Shown here: piece by piece, positions 24,950 to 37,468 of the stretch
How positions within the stretch are numbered: the stretch's first letter is position 1
Layout: every line of letters begins with the position of its first letter
Source: Octopus vulgaris
Lineage: Eukaryota
Assembly: GCA_951406725.2 (NCBI GenBank)
Contig: OX597820.1
Coordinates: forward strand, 105,710,001 to 105,774,000
Direction of reading: 5' to 3'
DNA length: 64,000 nucleotides
Program-made: the position numbers and the translations under genes
The notes under the pieces: model-generated
Databases searched by the model: none
Seen by the model: only the letters and a program-made list of their open reading frames with translations
Told to the model about the DNA's origin: nothing

Positions 24950-26030
24950 GAGACAGAGAACAAAGATTTCCAATCACTTAAATGGAAAACCTTATGACGG
25001 TGAAAAATCAAAGAGGCACTTCTAGAGTCAAAATAAACTCAGAACTTCCCATGAAAATGAAATGGTAGAAAGAGAAACCAGGGCGGTGGAAAATATAAAA
25101 ATAAATCTCAAAGCCTTCTACAAGTTTGTGAAGGAGTCTGTCTCGGTGCACTAAGGGATCGGACCACTGTTTGAAGAAGACGGCTCTCTAACTGCAGATC
25201 CCAAGAGGATAGTGAAGTGCTAAATAAACAATTCCAGAGTGTCTTCATCTCTTCCCTGGAAAACATACAAATATATGAACCTAAAGAGTTTTTCAACACT
25301 AAACCTACACGGGGAAAAAGACAACAATTGAATACATCAACAAAAAAAGAGGAAGATGTAATATTGGCCACTGATGAGATGAGCTCAAACTCAGCAACGG
25401 GCCCGGATGGATTTCCGATGTTCTAAAAACATGCAAGAAACCTCTTGCAAAACCACTTCAGATACTTTTTCAGAGTTTCCTTACACGTGGCAAACTTTCT
25501 AAACTGTGAAAGGAGGTATCATATGCCCTATCCATGAAGGTGGAAGCAGAGCAGATGCTAAAAATTACAGGCCTATCTCTCTGACTTCACATGTAAGCAA
25601 GGTCATGGAACGCATTGTTAGAATGAGTATCACGTTCCTGAAAGATAACTTACTCACACACAACACAGTTTCCGCCTAGAGAGGAGCTGCCTCACTCTGC
25701 TACTTCAACATTACAACTGGGTACTAAAATAGCAGCTCAACCACTCAAATGTGGGTGTGATATATCACGACTTTCCAAAGGCCTTTGACAAAGTTGATCA
25801 TGGGAGGATATGTTACAAATTACGTGACCTTTGTATCATTGGAAAACTGGGAGAGTGGCTGCACGACTTTTTAAAAGAATGAAGTCGGACAGTTGCAGCT
25901 AGTGGTGCACTCTTTGGGAAGCCATCAATCCCCAGTGGTGTTCCTCAAGTGGACCACTAGTGTTTGTGGTGGCTCTCCCAGACATGCCCTCAGTCGTACA
26001 GTCAGCCACTCTCACCAGCTACGCTGATAA
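24950..26030 (+). pseudogene. CR1/Jockey-group LINE RT fragment
   Basis: GPDGF; NYRPISLTSHVSKVMERIV; DFPKAFDKVDH; SGVPQ; YADN, broken by frameshifts. Confidence 0.85.
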
Positions 26031-26444
26031 TAAACAGAAAGGAGACCCAAACACACTGAAAGGCAGTGCTCCATCATGACCCAACATTTGGCTGAAACCA
26101 GTTAAAGATATGTGTGTGTGTGTGTGTGTGTGTGAAACTGATTAACTAAATACAACTTACAATAAAAATCTGCAGTTTATTTTTGATAAAAATATCAGTG
26201 ACTTACAGCAGACCAAAACCTTTGAATGCAGTTTGCCTGCCTTTAGCGTTTCTGGCACTCCCATTCCAATTGTTGTTTTAGTCTTTTTCCCCAGCCTGAC
26301 ACATATTGCGTTTAATATATGTAAGATATTAATATATTTCAGCGTTAAGTTTTACTCTACCAAGTGAACGTATACTGTTATGTTTTTGAAAATCAGTCTC
26401 CCCATCAAATTGAATTGCTTATTCGTTGAATTACATTATATCAT

Positions 26445-26553
26445 ATCATAGGCGAAGGTAAATAATACGTACACCACCCGTTTTCAGCGTAACAAAAAGC
26501 CTAACCTTAAACTCTAAAAAACTGGGTGTACGTATTCTTTACTTTCGTCCATA
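26445..26553. repeat. Small hairpin MITE with CCTAA-like centre
   Basis: ggcgaaggtaaataatacgtacacc / ggtgtacgtattctttactttcgtcc. Confidence 0.6.
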
Positions 26554-26607
26554 TCATGTATTACACTTGCCATCACAATTTTTATCTTATTCTAGTATGA
26601 CGTGTAT

Positions 26608-27168
26608 TCAATGACGTGTATTCAGCTGGATAAAATTACTGCCGTTGTTTGTCAACAACAGCTATCGGCGGTGTATTTTTCCTTTGTCACTGTTATTTAT
26701 GACATCGTTCGTGCGTTTGTACTGGTTTTAGCTTTAAGGTTTTAGGGTTAGGGTTTTAGGGTTAGGGGGTTAGGGTTGTCATATATAACAGTGACAAACG
26801 AAATATACACCACCGGAAGTTCTTGTTGGCAAACAACAGCAGTAATTTGGATCTTTTCCTTTTGATAGACGGAATTTTCTAGTTAACTAAACAATTTGAA
26901 ACTTCGTATACTGGTAGAATGTGTCAAAAGAAAACGTTATTGTAAACAAAATTGAAAACAAAAGTTTAACGTAGTTTAATGATTCGAATTTTAACCAATA
27001 AAATCCCAGCATCTTCGAATTTTAACCAATGAAATCCGAGCATTTGAGCTCAAATCATTTGCTGCGTTATCGATATTGATTAAGAAACATAGCAGACGCA
27101 TGCCGCATACACACACACACATATTCAGATACATACACACGTACACTTGCACACACACACACTCTCTG

Positions 27169-27215
<47 letters not shown>

Positions 27216-28704
27216 CACATGCATATACATTTGCACAAGCACATAGTAATTAATATATAAGCGTACACACACATACAAACGGACATATACATACACACAC
27301 ATACGCACACAAGCATACATACACGTTGCCGCAACAAATTTACACAAAAGGTAAATAAACCAGAAGGGGTGGGGTCAATGTTTCATCGTTTCGGGGTCGA
27401 TAAATTAGTACCAATTACGCACTGGTGGTGAGAATTTTTTTCCCAATTTATATCACAGCTTCCGACAAGCTGGGGCATCCTTTTCTGAAAAAATATTTCG
27501 CAAATTTTTACAATACTACTCACACTCCACGCGCAAACTCGAGACCGCTTTAGGCATATTATTGTTTTGTTTTTGTTGTTTCTGGCCCTTTAAAAACCAT
27601 GGGAGAAGCCTTTTCGGTAAAAAAAAAAATAAAGAAAATATTAAAAAAATATCGTTAATATTTTTATTGGGCGACGAAATTCACCGATTTAAGAGATATA
27701 GCTGTTATTTCTAGCACATGCAGAAGACAGAAGACAGAAGAGACAAGGATGAATAAGACGTGTGTGTGTGAGTTTTTAGACGCAGCAAATGGTTTGAGCT
27801 CAAATGCTAGGATTTCATTGGTTAAAATTCGAATCATTAAACTACGTTAAACTTAGAAATTACAATTTTGTTTTCAATTTTGTTTACAATAATGTTTTCT
27901 TTTGACACATTCTACCAGTATACGAAGTTTCAAATTGTTTAGTTAACTAGAAAATTCCGTCCATCAAAAGGAAATTTTATTCAGCTGAATACACGTCATT
28001 GATTGGTTGAAGTTACCGAAAATCTACAACTTTAACGTGAAATACTTCCTAAATATAAGCTTTTCTCAAAAATGCTAAGAGTAAAAGATGTTTTATATGA
28101 CACATTCTACCACTCTGTGCATAATGAATATGTCCCTCCTTTAAGAAACGGATTGGGTTTATTTACATTTGTGAAGAAAAAAGATATCCTTCCCCCACCC
28201 CTAACCCTAACCTTAACTCTAATCCTAAATCTAAAATAGATTGAAATAGATCGATACTAGGGTTATAATTATGGGTGACAATTTCACACGACACCGCTAA
28301 GTTTTTTATAGCGGTGTCGTATGAAATTGTCACCCATAATTATAACCCTAGTATCGATCTATTTCAATCTATTTTAGATTTAGGATTAGAGTTAGGGTTA
28401 GGGGTGGGGTGGGGGAAGAGTATCTTTTTTCTTCACAAATGTAAATAAACCCAATCTGTTTCTTAAAGGAGGGACATATTCATTATGCACAGAGTGTTAT
28501 TTACGTCAATGGAGGTAATTGATTGGTTAAAATTGCCGAAATGCAAGAAATTTTAGACAAAATATCTTACAAACTATAGAATTTTCTCAATAAAGCCAAG
28601 AGAAAATGATGTTTTATAAACACATTCCACCAGTATACGAAGTTTAAAACTTTTTAGTTATCTAGAAATTATGTTACAAAGTGCCGTTCAAAAGGAAAAG
28701 ATCC
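26608..28704. mobile_element. Nested MITE cluster: TTAGGG-containing IR element (from 26608), long-TIR GGATC element (26849-27973), 386-bp palindrome (28111-28496), final TIR ending 28704
   Basis: Arms 26633-26696 / 26785-26848; ~200-bp arms 26849-27066 / 27781-27973; second copy of the inner element at 39504-40492. Confidence 0.75.
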
Positions 28705-28760
28705 TCTGTCGGTCAAAAGGTAAAGATCGAAAAAGGTGTATGCGTGTGTGTGCATGTGTG

Positions 28761-28792
<32 letters not shown>

Positions 28793-29469
28793 TGTATGTA
28801 TGTATGTGTGTGTGTGTATGTATGTATGTATGTATGTATGTATGTATGTATGTGTGTGTGTGTGTATGTATGTATGTATGCGTGTGTGTTTTACTGTCTC
28901 CTTACCTCGACGTAATAGTTGTAAGCAAGTGTCAATGTCATGCAAACAGTATCCTTTATTTCCAGTATTCCATAAAAGCATGTCTGAGCATGGTGAAATG
29001 TTATCTTCCTTGGGACAGGTGAGGGTTGATGACCGGGAGGGTATCCAGTTGTACAAAATACTTCCTATCTATTGCCCAAGCTGTATCTGATTGCCCAAGA
29101 GCTTCAGTTCTGTTTGTACATATTTTTGCTCGAATGCTGACATTTATCAATGGCTTCTAACATAGTTTTGTTACGCCATATTCTAGCATGGATCTTTTCT
29201 GTTTGGCTACCACTCTTCGATTTCTTCAAATTTGATGTGTTGATGTAGTTTTGTATGCTCTTTATTGATATGAAATTCATTTCCGCCATAAATCAATAAA
29301 TAAACAATTAAACTATATGGTCTGCCACTCTAACAATGAAATCAACTTGACTCTCTCTCTCTCTCTCTTTGTCCATATGCGCGTGCGCATTTTCAACTGC
29401 TATCTGTTCTTAAAACTACAAAATGTGTTGCTTAGTCATTCATATTTTAAAAGGATGCCCCCACAAGAT

Positions 29470-29709
29470 GGCGAGCTGGTAGAAACGTTAGCTCGCCGGA
29501 CGAAATGCTTAGCGGTATTTCGTCTGACGTTACGTTCTGAGTTCAAATTCCGCCGAGGTCGACTTTGCCTTTCATCCTTTCGGGGTCGATAAATTAAGTA
29601 CCAGTTATGCACTGGGTCGATGTAATCGACTTAATCCGTTTGTCTGTCCTTGTTTGTCCTCTCTGTGTTTAGCCCCTTGTGGGTAGTAAAGAAATAGGTA
29701 TTTCGTCTG
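29470..29709 (+). mobile_element. tRNA-headed SINE with Meta-like central domain (5' part of a nested array)
   Basis: Head ggcgagctggtagaaacgttagc, B box gagttcaaattcc, core gtcgactttgcctttcatcctttcggggtcgataaattaagtaccag (MetaSINE-like from memory). Confidence 0.75.
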
Positions 29710-29842
29710 TTATTGAAAATTTATTGTTGGAGTGTGTTCGTAAGTTTTTGTTAATTGTTATATATCTCTTGTGCTTATTAGACTTATTGTTTAAAAAATT
29801 GTATTATAGTTTTCTTTCGAAAGCTATCTGTGGTTTTCCCCT

Positions 29843-30900
29843 GTGGAGGAAGACGTTAATTGCCGGCAAGATGCCGAAATTAAACTTTCTGTTTTCCTTG
29901 CTTCCCGTTCGGTTGATGAATCATCACCCGACGAAGATGCGTCTTTGTCGGGTGATGATTCATCGACCGAACGGGAAGCAAGGAAAATAGAAAGTTTAAT
30001 TTTTGATAACGTTTCTGATGTGTCGGAAAGTGAATTCCCTGCATTACCAAAAGTTACGAATACCAAAAGAAATATAGAAGCAAAGACCATCCAAAATGAA
30101 GAAAGAAAAAGTTTTGCGTCAGCAGCTGGTAGTGGAACGCGACAGCTGTCAACTGACAAAAAAGAATTACTAAAATACAAGGAAATGATAACAGAATGAG
30201 ATGGAGTGGTAAAAGTGGAAATACCAGAAGAAGAATTAACGGAAGAAAAAAGGAAAACTATTATTTTTAAGACATTCTGCTTAAAAGCTCGAAAAATTGA
30301 CAAGATATGTGAGCAAAAAATTGAAAAATGTTTAAAACCCATCTGGCAGGACATTACATATCTAGCCAGAGGGAAGAAGTTTGGAACCATCGTGGTGAGG
30401 TTCAAGAACGCAGAAACGGCACAAAAACACTCTGTAAAATCATTAGAGTCGGAAGACACAATATTAATCCCAATGTACATGGAAATGAGAACATCTAAGG
30501 TTAAAATACCAAGAATTCCACCCGGAGTAAACCCTATGTGCTTGATGCGGCAGTCCTGGAAAACAGGGAATATAATATTAACCTCCTGCAGGCTACCGTC
30601 ACAGAGAATACATATTGGACTGGTCAAACGCTCAACTTCATACTGCAGGCTGACCAAAACATTTTAGAACAGCTCCCAGAAATCGTAGAAGTAGGGGAGG
30701 AAGCTCTAAATACTTTTTGGTGAGGGGCGTAAGCCCCGATGTTTCCAGTGTGGCCAACTGGATCACATTAAAAAATATTGTAAAGAAGGTGAAGAAGAAT
30801 CAGACGGTGAGGAGGAAGAAAGAGAGAGAGAGAGAAACTGAAGGAAAAATAAACAACAAAAGGAAAATGGAAGGCTCGAACCAGCAAAAGCAGAGCGAGC
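29843..30900 (+). pseudogene. Tx1 ORF1 (zinc-knuckle protein), disrupted
   Basis: Consecutive ORF pieces; SFASAA motif; CX2CX4HX4C knuckle CFQCGQLDHIKKYC at 30740-30781. Confidence 0.8.
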
Positions 30901-31254
30901 CGAGACCAAAAAAAAACAAAAAAAAAAACAGCCAAGAGAGACAGAGCGAGGAAGGCGGAGGGGGTGACGAACAGAGGAATAGCTGCGCTACACAGCAAAA
31001 ACGAAGATTTAATGCGTGATATAAAAAAAAATCAGCAACTAGATTAATCGAACAATTAGATAAATATAAAAACTATGAATTTTACGAACTGGCCAAAAAT
31101 AATACATATAATATCTTGTTTAACACATAGAAAATCGGTCGCAACATTGAGATTTGATTTTCATCAATCTATGTTTGAAGGCTTACCATCTCCGACCCTA
31201 AGTCAAGAAAAGGCGGAGAGTCCCTCTCCACAGACGTCCCGATCTAAAAGGCAA

Positions 31255-34200
31255 GTCACGTCTATTCACATTGGTTGTATAAATGTTCGTGGCCTGATGT
31301 CGAGTTGGAAGCAAGGGCGCTTCCTAAATGACATCAGGTCGAGAAATTTGGATGTAATTGTTGCAAACGAAACCCGGGTGAAGGGGCCAAGAGATCTGCT
31401 CCCCCTCCTGAACGGCTACGAGAAATACGTTTCTCCGATTCGGGCGGGAGGTGGGGTGGGGCGTTGGTCCTACTAAAAAGAAACCGGGTAGCCGAGAAAA
31501 AGTTGTTTTTTTTTCTGACACAGAAGGCAGGCTGGTTGTTCTTGACTTGACATTCAGTTGTGGTAAGATAATCAGGCTAGTCGCTATTTATGCACCCAAC
31601 ATTATGGGCCCGCAAAGTGAATATTTTCGTGACCTGGGCAAATTCCTAGCCACGTCACATTCGCTAGTGTTGTTAGGAGACTTTAACACAATATGTGACG
31701 CACACACAGATTGTGTTGGCTCGAACATGAACAGAAAATGTAACCCAGGCTTACGGGATCTGGTAAATCACTTTCAGCTAGCAGATCCATATAGGTTGGA
31801 ACACCCGATCACTCCACAGTGGACGTGGTTAAATAGTGACGGGTCTTCCAGAACATATCTAGATAGGATTTTAATTAGAGAAATAGGTAAGTCCATAGCC
31901 GAGTGTCCGTAGTTTTTTCTAGTCAGCTACAGTGACCACAAGATGGTTACCTGTAAACTGACGGTAGATAAGTTGCATAGTCAGGGATCTGGCTACAGGA
32001 AACTCAATAGATCCTTTTTGGCGATTGAGGAGTACAGAAAGCGGATCAAGATGTTAATACAGAGGGTATTAACAGGTACCATCATTAATAACAAATGGTG
32101 GTAAGCCCTAAAAAGAGCCATCAAATATGAGTCTGTTAGGTTTAGTATAAGTTTAGCTTAAGAAGGGACGTAAAATAGGAGATGGTCTAGTTAAGGAACT
32201 AGAAGAAGCCTGGAGGACTGGTAATGCGGACCAAGCGAGGATGAAAAGACTGGAGTTAAACCAGCATCTTGAAGCCCACCACATGAGAAGTATTGCCAGA
32301 GCTAAGTTACGTGCAATGGGAAGTGAAGGAATCAAGGCCGCTGGATGAGCCCGAATGGTGGAAGCTCGGCAAGGAAATAGTTCCACTATTCAGTCTTTGA
32401 CGAATCAAAATGGTGTCTTGGTAAACGAACCCGAGAAAAAGTGTGAGGCCTTTCGGGAGTACTTCGCCCAGCTGTTCGAGGGTGACGGCGGTCCTGGTGG
32501 TGGGAGAGCCCTCGAGGACTTTCTTGCCGGGCTGCCGTATCTCTCGGGGTCGGATGCAGAGTCTTGCGAAGGGCCAATCATGCCTGTGGAGGTGATGGAG
32601 GCTTTGGCCGACTGTAAAGCGGGTAAGTCGCCGGGACTTGATGGTCTTCCGTACGAGCTGTATAAATGTATGCCAGACTTGTTCGGGCATCTACTGGCTG
32701 ACGTGTACGCGAACTGGCAACAGAATGGGTTTATCCCCAGATCTGTGCGCCGGGGAGTAGTGGTGTTGGTCAGAAAGGATCCGGACAAGGGGGGCATTAT
32801 AAAGAATTTCAGGCCCATCACTATGTTAAACGCAGAAGTGAAGGTTGGCGCGTGTCGCGAATAGTATAGTCGGGGAGGCACAGACATGTGCCATCCCAGG
32901 CAGAACCATTCAGGATACCCTCCATCTTATTCGCTATACCATACAGAGGGTTGGTAATAAAGGTGGGGCATTGGTACATTTAGACCAGTCTAAAGCTTTT
33001 GATAGGGTTGACCATCGATACCTGGCGGCTGTGCTTGCGCAGTTCGGCCTGCGCCTTGGCTTCTTCAAGTGGTTTATCGCTTTGTCCCACAACATTGACT
33101 CGATAGTTCGGGTGAACGGTTTCCTTTCGAAGCCGTTCTGCATCAGACTCTCGGTTCGTCAAGGATGTTCGTTCTCACCACTTTTGTATGTGATGGTTCT
33201 CGAGCCTTTACTGCGAAGGTTGAGTGGCATCCCGAGAGAACTAGGTCTAGAGGAGTTTATTACGGCTTACGCAGATTATATCAGTATCAGCGTAACCTCA
33301 GTAGCACGCCTACGTGAAGTGGGTAAGACTATTGAGGCTTACGAAGAGGCGGTAGGAGCAAAGATTAACCGGGAGAAGTCGGTCGGTTTGCAGCTCGGCA
33401 CCTGGGTTGCCAAGTGGATGCCTTCAGACAGCGTTGTTGGGCGCTGGGCGGAGGGACCGGTTAAGTTGCTGGGAATTTGGTTTGGACCAGGCCTCCAGAT
33501 AGAGAAGAACTGCACGGCGGTATTGAGCAGGGTGGCTGCAGTAGTCACAAGACCTGGTCTTGGCGGTGGCTATCCCTGAAAGGGAGGGCGGAGGTGGGCA
33601 ATGTGTTTATCGCATCAGTCATTACCTACCGCCTGACCGTCGTGCCCTGTCCGGATTCATGGTTGATCAGGTTGGAGAGACAGCTCTTTCGCTTTTTGTG
33701 GAAGGGCAGGTCGCCACTTGTGAAACGCTCTGTCTGCTGTCAAAAGCCTTTAAAAGGAGGTTTAAGGATGCCTTGGTTAATGATGTGCAGGCATGCGTTG
33801 AGGTTGAGGCACCTCTAGATTCTCCTGGATAGTGGACGGGTGTGGTCTCCGCTGGCCAGACAAATGTTCTCCGAATTCAAAAGTTTTTATGAACAGGAAA
33901 CCTAGTGTTCTCGTAGACCGAGGTCGAGTAAATGGCATAAAGAGTGCCGTAAGGCCATCTTGCTATTCCGGCGCTCGGGCAACGCCAGCGATGGGGGTTC
34001 CACACGAATTTTATATAGTGGGTTGGTAGAGACAGAATGCGACGATGGCCTGGGATCGACTCTAGGTCTCGGGTTTATTCAACTGGACAGCCTGTTTCAC
34101 TATACTTTCGGGTTGAGAACGTTGGACAACTTCCAAAAGTCCTTAACTAGGCAATGCTACAGAGGTGCCTTGCCCGTTTGGGATAAGCTCGCAAGACACG

Positions 34201-34610
34201 GTAAGCGTCAGTCGCCGACCTGTCCAAGATGCGGGGGGCGGGGCAAGGAAACCGTCCCTCACGCTATTGTTCAGTGTCGAGAGATATCTGAAATGTGGGC
34301 TTATACTGAACACCTGTTGTCCCGCGAAGGAAGAGTACAGCTGTCGACTGAGTCAATTATAAAAATTGACCCACCGGGAGTTTTAACGAAGAATTGTTTT
34401 CCCACGGTTGTAGCAATAGCGAAAGAGGCAGTATGGAAGACTAAGATAAAAGGAAGAGGCAAGTTTATCTCTAGCCACAATTTACGATCATTTTTTTCTT
34501 TTCATTTCAAAAGGCAGGTGTGGCTGGAGAAGAGATGTCTATCGGAGTGTACGTTCCTAAAGAGGTGGAAGCATGTTGCACGAGTGTTGTGCGTGCAAGG
34601 AACCGTGTGA
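31255..34610 (+). pseudogene. Tx1 ORF2 (APE endonuclease + RT + C-terminal Zn motif), disrupted
   Basis: CINVRGL, LLGDFN, YLDRIL, SDHK; KSPGLDGLPYE, FRPITMLN, LDQSKAFDRVDH, VRQGC..SPLLY, YADY; CPRCGG..ETVPHAIVQC. Confidence 0.92.
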
Positions 34611-34874
34611 ATAGACGGGAAAAAAAAAGAACAATAAAAGGTACCAGCGATGGATTGGGGTTGTGGGGTCGAAGCGTGGCCTGGTCGTCGCTTCATTTGT
34701 GTTGTCCCCGTTTTGTTAATTTCATTCGATTTTCTATATATTGTATTTAATTTTTAAAAGTCGCATTTTATGTAAAATCATCCCGCATTACTGATCCCAT
34801 CAGTTGTTCTGTCCATTTCTATCATTTCTATGTTTAGCCCCCGGTGGGCAATAAAGAGATTGGTATTTCGTCTG

Positions 34875-35615
34875 CCATTACGTTCTGAGTACAAATTCCG
34901 GATCTTTTCGGTTTGAACGGCAGTCTTTAAAAATAATCTCCACGTAACTAAACACTTCGTATACTGGTGGAATGTGTTTATAAAATATATTTTCTCTTGG
35001 CTTTATTGAGAAAATTCTATAGTTTGTAAGATATTTGTTGTTCTTTTTTCTTCAATTTCTGCAATTTCACCAATCAATGGCGTCTATTGAGGTGAAAACA
35101 TTCTGTGCCGTATGAATATGTCCCTCGTTTAAGAAACAGATTAGGTTTATTTACATTTGTGAAGAAAAAAGATACCCTCCCCCACCCTAACCCTAAAACA
35201 GATTGAAATGCAATAGATCAATACTAGGGTCATAATTATGGGTGACAATTTCATATGACACCGCCAGAAAAAACTGCCGTTCAAACCGAAAAGATGCCAA
35301 ATTCCTCCGAGGTCGACTTTGCCTTTCATCCTTTCGGGTCGATAAATTAAATACCAGTTACGCACTGGGTCGAGGTAATCGACTTAATCCCTTTATCTGT
35401 CCTTGATTGTCCCCTCTATGTTTAGCCCCTTGTGGGCAATAAAGAAATAAGAAACGTTAGCATGCTTAGCGTTCTGAATTCAAATTCCACCGAGGTCGAC
35501 TTTGCCTTTCGGGGACGAAAAATGAAGTACCAGTTGCGTACTGGTTCGATCTAATCGACTGGCCTCCCTCCCCCAAAATTCCGAGCCTTGTGCTTAGAGT
35601 AGGAAAAAAAAAAAG
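34875..35615 (+). mobile_element. 3' part of the nested Meta-like SINE array
   Basis: Two further core copies (35306-35365, 35491-35540); the last ends in a different tail and a poly-A. Confidence 0.75.
34900..35297. mobile_element. GGATC-TIR MITE with perfect 8-bp TSD caaattcc, inserted in the SINE B box
   Basis: caaattcc|ggatcttttcggtttgaacggcag ... ctgccgttcaaaccgaaaagatgc|caaattcc. Confidence 0.9.
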
Positions 35616-37158
35616 ATGCCTCCACGCGCTCTCTCTCTGTCTCCTTCTGCCACACACACTCTCACGGAGAAACGCCTACTCTCACGCAACACAATTACTC
35701 TGCCTCTCCTCTCCCACGCTCTCTTCTGTCTCCTTATATTTCTCTCTTCTTCCTTCTCTCTTTTGCACGTTTTCTTTTTCTCTCTTCCGTTTCCATCCCA
35801 CTCTCTCTTTTTCTCTCTCCCTCTCTTTTGCTTGTTTTCTTTTTCTTCCTTCTATGCCACTCTTTCTCTCATTCACTAGTTTTCTCCCACTCTCATTATC
35901 TATGCTGTTTTACTATTTATACACATGGGGAAAACCCAATTTTTCTATCTTTCTAAGTACTATGCACTTCAATGGGGAAACTCTTAAAAAAAAAAAATTG
36001 AACTCCATGAAAATACATGATTTTGGAACGTCGCTCCCCACGTCCCAATGACAACGATTATCATTACAATTCTTTTCACCCCTTATTTTCCCTGTACAAA
36101 ACGAAATTTGTGCTGAGATTTTTCCAAATTTTTCTCATCTGCACAAAAATAAATAAATAAATAAATAAACGAATCTAAAAATAATAATTTAACTATATTT
36201 ATAAATTTCTTGCGGATGTGTGAATATTTTCCGGGTCTAACTTCGAAATAACTTGCACCATTTGAAGTTACATACCTAAATTGTTCTTCAACTGTTTAAA
36301 TAAAGAAGTGGGTAGGGGTGGGGCAAAATGAGTAACTTCTTATTTTTCGTTATTTTGATAATTTTCTAGTTTAAAAAAAAAATGTCTAAAATATGGTAAA
36401 ATGAGTAATGTCTCATTTCAATAATTTCTTCTCTTTAACTGCATGGAGGACACTCCAGCAGATCATGAAGAAGCTATAGATAATATTTTATGTTGATTTT
36501 TTTTTTTTATTTAGTCGAGTTTCGTTAATTTCATACTATGTGCCATTTTCCCCTGATCCTCTTTCATTTGACCTAGGTATTATTATTATTATTTTTGCAT
36601 TTCTGATCTTATGTCTAGGGATGGATATTGATGTCTATGAGTTTGTTTTCTGGCAAATTGAGTGGCAAATTTACTTTATCTTGTCTAACTCATTTTGCCC
36701 CAACCAAGGTTACCTTTTATATGCTCAGAGAGAATGGCGATAATTTTCTGAAATAGTGATCAGTTATAATACTTTTAATGCATTTATGAAAGATCATTTG
36801 CTAAGCTGATATAGTTTGTGTAAGGTAGTTAACATTTGTGGAAAAATAGGTTATATTTTGTCTCAAAGTCAAGAACGCAGTAAAAACAGCTCATTTTGCC
36901 TCCTCCCTCCCACTGTTTCCAAAATTTACCTTTTTTACTAATGAAATATTTGATCCTGTAGCTGTTTGTAGTCTTTTATGCCGAGGTTGATTTTGAGTTT
37001 TGTTTCCTCCGAGATCGATAAAAAATTAAAATCAGTTACCAAACAAAAGCATTCACTTTTTATTATCACCTGAAATCCCACCTTACCCAACCGCTAAGGG
37101 TTCTAAACCATTTTTTTGCGTATAGATAAATTTTTATTCTGGACCTACATAATCATTC

Positions 37159-37161
<3 letters not shown>

Positions 37162-37243
<82 letters not shown>

Positions 37244-37379
37244 ATTTATATATATATATATTTATATATATATATATTTATATATATATATATTTATATA
37301 TATATATATATATATATATGGCATAGTTTCGCCATATAGTTTCGGTTGTAGTAGCACAGATTTCCGTCGAAACTTCGCC

Positions 37380-37411
<32 letters not shown>

Positions 37412-37418
37412 ATTTATA

Positions 37419-37462
<44 letters not shown>
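37162..37462. repeat. Interrupted (TA)n tract
   Basis: Directly visible. Confidence 0.9.

Positions 37463-37468
<6 letters not shown>

Larger units (their letters stand above)
29710..34861 (+). mobile_element. Near full-length Tx1/L1-clade non-LTR retrotransposon with 13-bp TSD ggtatttcgtctg
   Basis: ORF1 + ORF2 relics, AATAAA at ~34850, identical 13-mers at 29697-29709 and 34862-34874. Confidence 0.9.

Noticed and set aside
26735-26776. TTAGGG runs as a telomere or fusion relic
   Set aside because: Short, degenerate and always inside MITEs.
29824-30657. 277-aa minus-strand ORF
   Set aside because: Antisense shadow of Tx1 ORF1 with no recognisable motif.
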